64,000 nt of DNA from Escherichia phage UoN_LDJ77_1. Where the stretch lies: sequence record OK570375. One strand, given 5' to 3'. Positions 12,405 to 22,004 of this stretch are shown here, one piece after another (the stretch's first letter is position 1; each line of letters begins with the position of its first letter). The notes beneath the pieces were generated by a model. It saw nothing but the letters and a program-made list of their open reading frames with translations. It searched no databases and was not told the origin of the DNA. Made by a program: the position numbers and the translations under genes.

Positions 12405-13104
12405 TTAATTCTTTTACCTTTTTTCTAGTAATTCCTAAAGTTTTAGATGCTCGATGTATTGATTGATATTCTATACCGTTTATTTTTACAGCAATTAAGT
12501 TATGGGGTTTTAATCCCTTTGGATGAGGTTTACTGACGAAAACTAAATTATCAAGTTCTGAAATCTTATCCAATTTCTTACACTTAAATCCTTTGTGATG
12601 CGACCGTTTACCTTTACAAACGGCTGACATTGCAGATGGATTTAAATTATGCTCTTTACAAAATTCGTTAAGACCTCGATGAATTTCCTCATGACCATCC
12701 GGAAATGTAAACACCCAAGATGTTTGAAGTCGAGATTTAACTTCTGGAGACATAGGAATACCTTTGTTCCAAGCTGGTTTTCCTTTATTATTTTCAGATA
12801 CAGAAATAGCCAATTTTCTTCTAAGCCACCCATGGCGTTTATTGGTGTTCTTTCGTTCAATATTATCTTCAGAATAAACACACATCATATTAGCGGCAAA
12901 TATCAATTTATGATTATTTGGATATATCTTTACTAATAATTGATGAGCTATGTAATGCTCTTCTGGTGTCAAATCTACCAGGTTTTCCTTTGTATCAGAA
13001 CCACCAATACACAGAGGTATAATATGGTGTGATTCGGTATAGCAATCTAATTTTCTATTCTTAGCTTTAGAAATAAGGTTATTGTAAATTTTAAAATAAT
13101 CCAT
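12394..13104 (-). CDS. free-standing HNH homing endonuclease (236 aa, MobE-like) inserted within nrdA
   Basis: HNH motif ESHHIIPLCIGGSDTKENLVDLTPEEH; own SD AAGAGGAAAA; no group I core elements nearby. Confidence 0.8.
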   Translation of the reverse strand: MDYFKIYNNLISKAKNRKLDCYTESHHIIPLCIGGSDTKENLVDLTPEEHYIAHQLLVKIYPNNHKLIFAANMMCVYSEDNIERKNTNKRHGWLRRKLAISVSENNKGKPAWNKGIPMSPEVKSRLQTSWVFTFPDGHEEIHRGLNEFCKEHNLNPSAMSAVCKGKRSHHKGFKCKKLDKISELDNLVFVSKPHPKGLKPHNLIAVKINGIEYQSIHRASKTLGITRKKVKELNEY

Positions 13105-13149
13105 AACTTTTCCTCTTGTTATGGATTATTTATTAACGGTCTGTGTACT

Positions 13150-14583
13150 TTATTTGCTTTGAATTATACCGCCAGGATTAGCTTCATAAAACTTAGCTAC
13201 ATCCGACTTCTTAATTTTGATTAAACGAGTTTGTTGGCTATTCACATCATTTGTTGGAATAGCAATTTCACAACATAAGTTACTCTGACGAATAGGTGCC
13301 TTTTCACGAATAAACGGAGTATAGTTATTCGTATTATCAATGAACTGTACATAAATCCTTGCTGTTCCTGAACGTTCAGTCATGAGCAATTCAAATAGTT
13401 CACGGGCTTTAATACGCTTTTTACGAATATTAGGGTCTTTTTCTGCTGCTTCGTATAATTCACGGAAACGGTCTTGGTCTTTAAAATAAGAATAATAAAG
13501 CTCGCCACCCATTTCATGCGGACTGAACAAAGTAATGTAATCGTTCTTTCCGAATCGTTCCATCATCAAATCATTCAGCTGAACACCATAATCCATATGA
13601 CGGATACGGTTTTCTTCTACGCCTTTGTTATTTTTCAAAACGAGAAGATTTTCAACTTCCAAATGCCAAATAGGATAATAAGCAGTAGCAGCGCCGCCAC
13701 GAATTCCGCCCTGTGAGCATGATTTAACAGCAGTCTGAAAATGTTTCCAAAAAGGAATAACCCCAGTATGGCGTACTTCACCCATGCCAATCTTAGAACC
13801 TTCGGCACGAATCATACCAACGTTAATACCAATTCCAGCGCGTTTAGAGATATATTCAACAATTGAAGCGGAAGCCTTATTGATAGACTTCAGCGAATCA
13901 CCTGCCTCAATAACAACACATGAACTAAACTGTCGAGTCGGAGTACGACAACCAGCCATAATAGGAGTTGGCAGTGAAATCTGTCGAGTAGATACTGCTT
14001 CATAAAAACGGATAACATGTTTTAATCTATCAACAGGTTCATCTTGATGCAATGCCATTCCAATAGCCATAAATGCAAACTGTGGAGTTTCATAAATTTG
14101 ACCAGTGGTTTTATCTTTAACTAGATATTTTTCTTTTAATTGCATCGCCCCAGAATAAGTAAATTCCATATCCCGTTCATGCTTAATTTTTGATTCTAAA
14201 AATGTAATTTCTTCTGCTGAATATTTTGACAATAATTCAGGGTCATATTTACCTTCATTTACACAGTAAGAAATATGGTCAATAAATGAACGTGGTTCAT
14301 ACTGCCCATAAACATGCTTACGAAGAGCGAACATTAAACAGCGTGCAGCTACATATTGATAATCAGGCTCTTCAACCGAAATAGAATTCGCAGCAGCCTT
14401 AATGACAATAGTCTGAATGTCATCAGTTGTCATTCCATCACGGAGATATGATTTAATATTTTCATATAATTCATAAGGATCTACTGATGTTCCCTCAGAT
14501 GCCCAAGATAAAACTTTAATAATTTTTTGCGGGTCAAAGCTCTGAGAAACACCACTACTTTTGATAACATTAATTAATTGCAT
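13150..14583 (-). CDS. nrdA: ribonucleotide reductase large subunit, N-terminal piece (NrdA-a, 477 aa)
   Basis: NrdA homology through active-site SNLCCEIAIPTNDVN, then a 29-aa non-homologous tail and stop. Confidence 0.85.
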   Translation of the reverse strand: MQLINVIKSSGVSQSFDPQKIIKVLSWASEGTSVDPYELYENIKSYLRDGMTTDDIQTIVIKAAANSISVEEPDYQYVAARCLMFALRKHVYGQYEPRSFIDHISYCVNEGKYDPELLSKYSAEEITFLESKIKHERDMEFTYSGAMQLKEKYLVKDKTTGQIYETPQFAFMAIGMALHQDEPVDRLKHVIRFYEAVSTRQISLPTPIMAGCRTPTRQFSSCVVIEAGDSLKSINKASASIVEYISKRAGIGINVGMIRAEGSKIGMGEVRHTGVIPFWKHFQTAVKSCSQGGIRGGAATAYYPIWHLEVENLLVLKNNKGVEENRIRHMDYGVQLNDLMMERFGKNDYITLFSPHEMGGELYYSYFKDQDRFRELYEAAEKDPNIRKKRIKARELFELLMTERSGTARIYVQFIDNTNNYTPFIREKAPIRQSNLCCEIAIPTNDVNSQQTRLIKIKKSDVAKFYEANPGGIIQSK

Positions 14584-14900
14584 AAGTCCTCAACTTGAAA
14601 ATCGTCTTTAAACAGTCGGTTAACTATATGAGCTATTATATCACCATGACACGGCTTTGGTTTACATGTGCATCCTAGCCTCATTCCACGTAAAGGCTCT
14701 AAATGTGCTTTAGTTATTTCTCCGGATTTAATTCGACGTATAAAATCTTTTTTGAATAATTCAATGGCAGCCTCCCGGCTGCCAGCATCTTTACCGACGT
14801 AATTTCCCCAAAATGTACCACGGTGAATATTAACATCAAAGTCGGATTTGTATTTATTCACTACCCGACATAGACGGCCCGCGCGGTGATAATTCGGCAT
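14574..14900 (-). CDS. hypothetical protein (108 aa, nrdA.1 position)
   Basis: ORF track; synteny. Confidence 0.5.
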   Translation of the reverse strand: MPNYHRAGRLCRVVNKYKSDFDVNIHRGTFWGNYVGKDAGSREAAIELFKKDFIRRIKSGEITKAHLEPLRGMRLGCTCKPKPCHGDIIAHIVNRLFKDDFQVEDLCN

Positions 14901-15117
14901 ATTGTTTTTCCGTTAAAACAGTAATATCGTAGTAACAGTCAGAAGAAGTTTTAACTGTGGAAATTTTATTATCAAAATACTCACGAGTCATTTTATGAGT
15001 ATAGTATTTTTTACCATAAATGATAATAGGCTGTTCTGGTCCTGGAACTTCTAACTCGCTTGGGTTAGGAAGTGTAAAAAGAACAACGCCAGAAGTATCT
15101 TTAAATCGTAAAATCAT
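14854..15117 (-). CDS. hypothetical protein (87 aa)
   Basis: ORF track; overlap with td stop. Confidence 0.5.
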   Translation of the reverse strand: MILRFKDTSGVVLFTLPNPSELEVPGPEQPIIIYGKKYYTHKMTREYFDNKISTVKTSSDCYYDITVLTEKQYAELSPRGPSMSGSE

Positions 15118-15974
15118 ATTGCCATTTTCCCTTTAATTGCTGGATGCGATTCATAATTTTCAAGGATAAAATCTTTCGGTTTCATGTATTCAGTTAACCA
15201 GTAAAGCTGTGTTTCGGTGTCACAATTTCCAAACTCTATAGGCCAATCAATTTTAAGTTCACACAGTTCTTTAGGCTCACGACGTAAAATTTCTTTACAT
15301 TGTTCTACGTGATTCATATAGATATGAGTATTACCACCAGAAAATATCAAATCTCCTGGGATAAGATTACACATCTTAGCTACAATATGAACTAGTGCAG
15401 CATATGATGCAATATTAAATGGAAGACCGAGGAAAACATCTACTGATCGTTGATACCACTGAAGGTCAAGGTATCCATTACGAACATTAAATTGATAAAA
15501 CATATGACAAGGCGGTAATGCCATCTGCTTGAGTTCAGCTGGATTCCATGCTGAAACAATTTGACGCCTATCATTTGGCAGTTTTTTAATACGATCAATA
15601 ACTTCTATAATTTGGTCTACACCACCAAAATCACGCCACTGTTTTCCATAAATTGGACCAAGTTCACCACTATGGTATCCTAAATCTTTTGCTTGATTTT
15701 CGTAATTTTCATCCCAGACTGTTTTGCCTTGGATTAACGAATCATGCTGAATTAATCGTAAATCATTGACATTTGTGCTTCCTGATAAGAACCACAATAA
15801 CTCAGAAATGCAAGCTTTCCAGGCGAGCTTTTTAGTTGTTACTGCAGGAAAACCTTTGGTTAAATCCCAACGCAATTTAGTACCGAACAAAGCAATTGTT
15901 CCTGTGCCTGTTCGGTCATCAGTTTCATAACCATTTTCAAAAATGTCTTTAATTAAATCTTGGTATTGTTTCAT
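15114..15974 (-). CDS. td: thymidylate synthase, intronless (286 aa)
   Basis: Continuous ORF with TS motifs (PPCH active-site Cys region); no intervening sequence. Confidence 0.95.
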   Translation of the reverse strand: MKQYQDLIKDIFENGYETDDRTGTGTIALFGTKLRWDLTKGFPAVTTKKLAWKACISELLWFLSGSTNVNDLRLIQHDSLIQGKTVWDENYENQAKDLGYHSGELGPIYGKQWRDFGGVDQIIEVIDRIKKLPNDRRQIVSAWNPAELKQMALPPCHMFYQFNVRNGYLDLQWYQRSVDVFLGLPFNIASYAALVHIVAKMCNLIPGDLIFSGGNTHIYMNHVEQCKEILRREPKELCELKIDWPIEFGNCDTETQLYWLTEYMKPKDFILENYESHPAIKGKMAI

Positions 15975-16018
15975 TTAGTACCTTATATAAATTATAATAC
16001 ATTTTATGAAGCTAATAA

Positions 16019-16366
16019 TTAATATGGTTTAGCAACAAATTTTCTCTCAATTTCAGGTGTGAAATATAATTCTTTACCGCGTTTAGAAAAGCGACCAATA
16101 ATATGATAATTATTCTCATCAAACGTGATATTACCAATATCCATAGCTTTCAACCAAATATCGATATTTCTATCCAGCTTTATGTCAAAATTCCAATACG
16201 GAGAACTATTACCGAAAATACTGCAAGCGGATTCAGTGAAACAACTGCTATAAATCTTGTCTTTAGGAACTACTAATTGATAGACGCCTTTAATAAACTG
16301 AGGACCCTGCCATTTAGGTTGTTTCACGTCTTTTTCTAATAGAATAGGGTAATAATTAAAATTCAT
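16019..16366 (-). CDS. hypothetical protein (115 aa) between frd and td
   Basis: ORF track; fills the gap between frd stop and td start. Confidence 0.5.
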   Translation of the reverse strand: MNFNYYPILLEKDVKQPKWQGPQFIKGVYQLVVPKDKIYSSCFTESACSIFGNSSPYWNFDIKLDRNIDIWLKAMDIGNITFDENNYHIIGRFSKRGKELYFTPEIERKFVAKPY

Positions 16367-16385
16367 ATTTCCGCCACGCGTTATT

Positions 16386-17212
<827 letters not shown>

Positions 17213-17223
17213 ATTATCTCCTA

Positions 17224-17556
17224 TTAAAAAGGATCAGGAACATATCCGCTAGCTTTAATCATTTTAATTAACGTTAACATTCCTTTGTTAACTGCTCGTG
17301 AGATTTCATCAAAAACTTCATCACTAAAAAGTTCTAACACGCCCTTCTGAACTTTTAATTTACAGCCAACAATTTCGTCATCGCCTATAGTAAATTCGTT
17401 TCCGCCAATTCCACCGAAAAACTTAATTACACCAGTTAACTGTCTTCCACGAGAATATGGGTCGTGTGATAAAGTAATATGAGTCACCCCGGGTACAGTT
17501 TTAAATTGGCAGCGAATATTTACTTGTGAAATTCCAGTTACATGAATGTCAGACAT
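17224..17556 (-). CDS. hypothetical protein (110 aa)
   Basis: ORF track. Confidence 0.5.
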   Translation of the reverse strand: MSDIHVTGISQVNIRCQFKTVPGVTHITLSHDPYSRGRQLTGVIKFFGGIGGNEFTIGDDEIVGCKLKVQKGVLELFSDEVFDEISRAVNKGMLTLIKMIKASGYVPDPF

Positions 17557-17566
17557 AATATTTTCC

Positions 17567-17809
17567 TCAAATAGACTTTTTCACAATTTTCCAATCAGCT
17601 TTAAACTGATCGACGTCAGAGTGATAAATCCAAAATCCTGCGCTTTCACCGTCTTCATAAAGCGGACACCCATCACATTCATCTTCCCATCCCATGCCAC
17701 GTAAAAGGTGTTCAGCTTTTTCAACAAGTTCAGAATCTTTACCGATGATATTAAAATACCATTTACCTCTAACTTCTGAATCTTTGATGCTCTGGCGTTG
17801 TAATCTCAT
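17567..17809 (-). CDS. hypothetical protein (80 aa)
   Basis: ORF track; AAGGAGAATAAA SD. Confidence 0.5.
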   Translation of the reverse strand: MRLQRQSIKDSEVRGKWYFNIIGKDSELVEKAEHLLRGMGWEDECDGCPLYEDGESAGFWIYHSDVDQFKADWKIVKKSI

Positions 17810-17947
17810 TTTATTCTCCTTAGCAAGCTTTAATCAAAAGATATAAACAGACCAACATAACTGCTGCCATAATATAAGGTGCGAACATTTTCTTTTCTCC
17901 ATTAGTTTTGATAGGGTAATAGTATCACACTACTACCCTTCTGTAAA

Positions 17948-18310
17948 CTACTTTTTGAAAGTTTTTCGCAAAAGTTCAATGATTTCATCTACATTGTTTT
18001 CGTCTACAATGCAGTGAATTTTTGTTACGCCAGAAACCTTGTCTTCTATTTCATCTTCAGAAGTCGGTTCTTTATACTCACGAAAACAATGAAATTCATC
18101 TTCGCAGACGTTGAAGTAAAAATGCTTTCCATTGGCGCATTCTACGTGTTTTACTACTTTAAATCCATCAGCAAAGAAAACTTCTTTAACTTCAAACCAT
18201 CCGCCATTTTCTTGAATAGCTTTAACTATTAATGAATTAGAACGCGGGCGATAATTAATAAATGTATCAATAAGTCTTGGAACAAGTTCGTACTTTTTAT
18301 CAATATACAT
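17948..18310 (-). CDS. hypothetical protein (120 aa)
   Basis: ORF track. Confidence 0.5.
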   Translation of the reverse strand: MYIDKKYELVPRLIDTFINYRPRSNSLIVKAIQENGGWFEVKEVFFADGFKVVKHVECANGKHFYFNVCEDEFHCFREYKEPTSEDEIEDKVSGVTKIHCIVDENNVDEIIELLRKTFKK

Positions 18311-18354
18311 TATGTTTTCCTCATTTTAATAGAGGCTTGATAGCCCCTCGATAA

Positions 18355-18585
18355 TTACTGTTCAATCAATCCCATGTAAAATTCTGCATCTTCAGCATCC
18401 ATACCATCACAGTATTCATTAGCCATAAATCGTTCAAGAACTTCTAAAGGACCTTCAATAACAATAGAAAAATTGCAATAATTGGGATCATCATGAATAC
18501 TTGTGATACTAAGTTCAGGATAACGATTACGAATAATTTCTTCAATATATTCAAAATCAACGATGTCAATATCAACTTTAGCCAT
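18355..18585 (-). CDS. hypothetical acidic protein (76 aa from MAKVDID)
   Basis: Second ATG preferred: AAAGAGGAAAA SD lies inside the longer track ORF. Confidence 0.45.
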   Translation of the reverse strand: MAKVDIDIVDFEYIEEIIRNRYPELSITSIHDDPNYCNFSIVIEGPLEVLERFMANEYCDGMDAEDAEFYMGLIEQ

Positions 18586-18628
18586 ATTGTTTTCCTCTTT
18601 AATCATCAGCAGTATTGCCGATAGTTGT

Positions 18629-18658
18629 ATAGTACCATAAAGCTTTATGCTTGTAAAC
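18629..18658 (-). promoter_or_regulatory. T4 early-type promoter (GTTTAC-N18-TACTAT) on minus strand
   Basis: Matches the recurring GTTTAC / TA(C/T)TAT pair seen before many minus-strand genes here. Confidence 0.45.
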
Positions 18659-18679
18659 CGTTTTGTGAAAAAATTTTTG

Positions 18680-18708
18680 AAATAAAAAAGGGGACCTCTA
18701 GGGTCCCC
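18680..18708 (-). terminator. intrinsic terminator downstream of gene 32
   Basis: GGGGACC / GGTCCCC stem followed by U-run on minus strand. Confidence 0.6.
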
Positions 18709-18730
18709 AATTAATTAGTAATATAATCTA

Positions 18731-19639
18731 TTAAAGGTCATTCAAAAGGTCATCCAGGTCCGTGTCATCAGCACTAGATGAACTGCCAGAGCTTGAGCTC
18801 ATAAAATCATCTTCAGTTTTTGTATTGAAGTCATCAACATTGAATGCATCCAAATCATCAGCAACTTTATCAGCTTTCTTAGCAGCAGTTGCTGCGGCAC
18901 CACCCATAGCAGCAGTTCCCATAACTTGACTGAACTTAGTGCTCAGTTCTTCAAACGATTTGAATTTATCTTTAGAAGTCATTTCAGAAAGGTCAACCAT
19001 TTGTTCGAACAGTTCTTTCTGGAAAGATTCATCATCAATGTTTGGAATCGCAGATTGATTCAGGAATTTAGATTCGTCGTAGTTACTAAAACCAGAAACT
19101 TGTTTAACTTTCAGTACAAAGTTAGCACCTTCCCACGGACAAGTTACATCAACTGGAGTTTCACCCATTTCAACATCAACTGCAATCATTGCATTGATTT
19201 TATCCCAGATTTTCTTACCGAAACGATATTTAAATACTTTACCTTCGTTTTCTGGGGCAGCTGGGTCTTTTACAACAAGAATGTTAGCCCAGTAAGAAGT
19301 TTTGCGTTTAACAAGACTGTACTCTTTATTGTCAGTGTTGTACAAATCATTTTTACTGATGTACTGACATACTGGACAAGAATCGTAATCACCGTGGGTA
19401 GATGAACAATTTTCGATATACCATTTACCGTTTTTCTTGAAACCGTGATTTACAAGAATTGCGAACGGTGCTTGTTCATCATTTTTAGACGGAAGAAAAC
19501 GAATTACTGCTTGACCGTTACCCGCATTGTCGAGTTTCAGTTTCCACTCGCCTTTATCTTCAGAAGAAAAACCACCTTTATTTCCAGCCAGTTTAGCCAT
19601 TTGTGCAGCGAGTTCAGCAGTAGATTTACGTTTAAACAT
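18731..19639 (-). CDS. 32: ssDNA-binding protein gp32 (302 aa)
   Basis: Full-length recall of T4 gp32, including acidic Ser/Asp-rich C-terminus. Confidence 0.95.
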   Translation of the reverse strand: MFKRKSTAELAAQMAKLAGNKGGFSSEDKGEWKLKLDNAGNGQAVIRFLPSKNDEQAPFAILVNHGFKKNGKWYIENCSSTHGDYDSCPVCQYISKNDLYNTDNKEYSLVKRKTSYWANILVVKDPAAPENEGKVFKYRFGKKIWDKINAMIAVDVEMGETPVDVTCPWEGANFVLKVKQVSGFSNYDESKFLNQSAIPNIDDESFQKELFEQMVDLSEMTSKDKFKSFEELSTKFSQVMGTAAMGGAAATAAKKADKVADDLDAFNVDDFNTKTEDDFMSSSSGSSSSADDTDLDDLLNDL

Positions 19640-19699
19640 TTTTATTTCCTTTTTAATTTAATTAACAGTTGGTGCTATGACGATGTATGACCTCATAGC

Positions 19700-19740
19700 T
19701 GGTCAGTGAGATAATTATAATCTATTTATAATAAGCAATT
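19700..19740 (-). promoter_or_regulatory. gene 32 promoter cluster: MotA-box-like ATTGCTTA, TATAAATA late element, TATAAT -10
   Basis: Minus strand reads aATTGCTTAtTATAAATAgatTATAATtatc about 60-100 nt upstream of gene 32. Confidence 0.4.
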
Positions 19741-20392
19741 AATACTTGCAAGATTTCACAGTTTCAATAAAAACATTTTTAGCTTTCTGTGAATCAATAT
19801 TTAAAATTTTTCTATAAGCCTTTAACTTTATAGAATAATTATTCCAGACTAAATTATCAGTCTGTTCATCATGTTTATCAATTATATTTAAAAACGAATC
19901 AAGCAAGATAAACGTTTCAAACGAAATTATATTCGACTGAAGCAGTTTAAAAATATAACTTGATTGAACCTTTGGATTATATTCAAAGATTTCTTTAAAA
20001 GCAGAAACTTCAACTTTTTTACTAAAATAATAAATGTTGCGAATATCTTCTTCAAACTTAAATTTAATTTGCTTTAAGCGTCCGATATATTCACGATAAA
20101 ACACAAGTGCATCAGCGTCAGAGATGTCACCAATCCAAGCATCTTGGTTAGCAACAAGATTGCTTATAAAGATTAAAGCAAGTTCCTTTAATTTATATTT
20201 TTCTGATAACTTCTGGAAAAAATACTTATCCCTTCGCTTTTGATAAGCGGCATCAGACACCCGCATGCACCAATTATACTTAATTACATCATACTTTCCA
20301 TTCATATGTTGTTTTATCATTAAGTATAATTTATAAACTGATTTACCATCAATGTATCTTTCACCACCAGCAGGCATGCGGAGTTTAATCAT
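19739..20392 (-). CDS. 59: helicase loader gp59 (217 aa)
   Basis: Size, position upstream of gene 32 and sequence recalled as T4 gp59. Confidence 0.9.
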   Translation of the reverse strand: MIKLRMPAGGERYIDGKSVYKLYLMIKQHMNGKYDVIKYNWCMRVSDAAYQKRRDKYFFQKLSEKYKLKELALIFISNLVANQDAWIGDISDADALVFYREYIGRLKQIKFKFEEDIRNIYYFSKKVEVSAFKEIFEYNPKVQSSYIFKLLQSNIISFETFILLDSFLNIIDKHDEQTDNLVWNNYSIKLKAYRKILNIDSQKAKNVFIETVKSCKY

Positions 20393-20727
20393 AGTAGAAA
20401 ATCTAATGTATTAGTTTTTTCACAACGAACAACAGAAGGACGTAAAAGATTTTCGTCGATAGCTTCTGACTGAATTTTTTCAATTATACCCGAAGGAATA
20501 AATTTAGCAAATTGAGTTTCAGGAATAGAGTTTTCTTCCAAGAATGCTGTCGTAGCTTCAAGATAACTCATTCCAAACTCTTCTACCATTTTTTCAATAA
20601 TAAATCCATTTTCTTGACGATCAAGAAGCTTTGCTATTTCATCCTTTTCTTTCTTGATTGAAAGTTCTTTTTCTGAAAGATCGGTCTCATCGACCGGACG
20701 AATATCATTTAGAGAAAACTGTGTCAT
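20389..20727 (-). CDS. 33: late transcription co-activator gp33 (112 aa from MTQFSLN)
   Basis: Size and position between 59 and dsbA; internal start matches T4 length. Confidence 0.8.
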   Translation of the reverse strand: MTQFSLNDIRPVDETDLSEKELSIKKEKDEIAKLLDRQENGFIIEKMVEEFGMSYLEATTAFLEENSIPETQFAKFIPSGIIEKIQSEAIDENLLRPSVVRCEKTNTLDFLL

Positions 20728-20974
20728 AAAGTTCAACTACCTCTTCAGTTTCAGCTTCAAACACATCACGATTATCTTTATGATACAAAGCTAATAGACG
20801 ATTAAACATCTTACCATCAACGCCAAGTTCATCTTTGGCACGAATTCGAATATCTTTAATCAATTCATTATAACCAGAAATTTTCAGTTTATGATCAGAT
20901 GCTTCTTTAATAAATTTAGCCAAGTCTTCGCCATGGATAGCTTCATCAAATTCAACCATTTCTTTTTTAGCCAT
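20705..20974 (-). CDS. dsbA: dsDNA-binding protein DsbA (89 aa)
   Basis: 89 aa, position between rnh and 33. Confidence 0.85.
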   Translation of the reverse strand: MAKKEMVEFDEAIHGEDLAKFIKEASDHKLKISGYNELIKDIRIRAKDELGVDGKMFNRLLALYHKDNRDVFEAETEEVVELYDTVFSK

Positions 20975-20982
20975 TATTCACC

Positions 20983-21900
20983 TCAAAATTCATTAATGCT
21001 ATTAGTTAATTTAGAAAGACCCGCTTTTACAAAATATGAATAAATTTTGCCACGCGGTGGTAATTTATATGAATTATAGTAATTCACAATGTTTGAAGCA
21101 ATATTATCAGGAATATAATCAAAATCAATTAGAACTAAATTTTCTTTATATCGATTATATTCAGATTCAGTGAGAAGCACCTTAGCTTGCTCACGGTCAT
21201 TAGCAATAGCTTCAACGATTGAAGTTTTCATTGAAGGAGTTCGTTCACCTTCAACTCTGGTAAACCAGAAGTCAGATCGTACTTTAACTGAAGCAACGTT
21301 ATCCTTTTTGTCACCTTTAAGGATTTTAGTCATACAGTCAATTTCAGCAGAACCGCTTTTAATTTTAACCCATTTCTTATGCATCGGTGACCATTGCTTA
21401 ACATTTGGATATTTATGAAGCTGTGTAAAGTCACCATCCGATGAAATGATTAAAATCTTATGTCCTTCTAAAGAGAACTTTTTAACAAGAACAGCAATAT
21501 GGTCATCTGCTTCATACTTATCAATATCCATAACAATGTATGGCATATAAGCTTTCAATTCATCTATAACTTTATGGCTGGATTCAAAATAACCTTCCCA
21601 GTCCCAAGTCGATTCTTCTCGTGCCTTTCCACGGTTTTTCTTGTAATAATACGCGAAATCACGACGCCAATATCCAGATTTCGCGTTATCAATACACAGT
21701 ACAATTTTAGTGTATCCAAGAGCTTTTGCTTTTTTGACATTAAACTTAATTGAGTTCAATATCAAATGACGAACCATTGATAAATTAATTTTTTCTTTAT
21801 CTGGGAAGTTTACCAAAGCAGTTGAAAGCGCAATTTGACTAAAGTCAATTAAGCAAATTCCTTCTTTGTAATCTTCATCCAGCATCATTTCTAAATCCAT
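20983..21900 (-). CDS. rnh: RNase H / 5'-3' exonuclease (305 aa from MDLEMM)
   Basis: FEN-family motifs; sequence recalled as T4 RNase H. Confidence 0.9.
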   Translation of the reverse strand: MDLEMMLDEDYKEGICLIDFSQIALSTALVNFPDKEKINLSMVRHLILNSIKFNVKKAKALGYTKIVLCIDNAKSGYWRRDFAYYYKKNRGKAREESTWDWEGYFESSHKVIDELKAYMPYIVMDIDKYEADDHIAVLVKKFSLEGHKILIISSDGDFTQLHKYPNVKQWSPMHKKWVKIKSGSAEIDCMTKILKGDKKDNVASVKVRSDFWFTRVEGERTPSMKTSIVEAIANDREQAKVLLTESEYNRYKENLVLIDFDYIPDNIASNIVNYYNSYKLPPRGKIYSYFVKAGLSKLTNSINEF

Positions 21901-21962
21901 ATGAACCTCGTTCAATTAGTGAGATTTCTATTATATACTATCCAAATCTTAAAGTAAACAAG

Positions 21963-21970
21963 TATAAATA
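21963..21970 (+). promoter_or_regulatory. late promoter TATAAATA for gene 34
   Basis: Exact TATAAATA 35 nt upstream of gene 34 ATG, AGGAG SD between. Confidence 0.6.
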
Positions 21971-22004
21971 CTTATTATTGAAAACACAATAGGAGCCCGG
22001 GAGA

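Noticed and set aside
12394-13104. Group I intron or intein explanation for the nrdA interruption
   Set aside because: No P/Q/R/S-like sequences flank the HNH ORF, only about 46 nt of non-ORF sequence is available, the HNH gene has its own SD, and the downstream NrdA piece is in a different frame with its own ATG.
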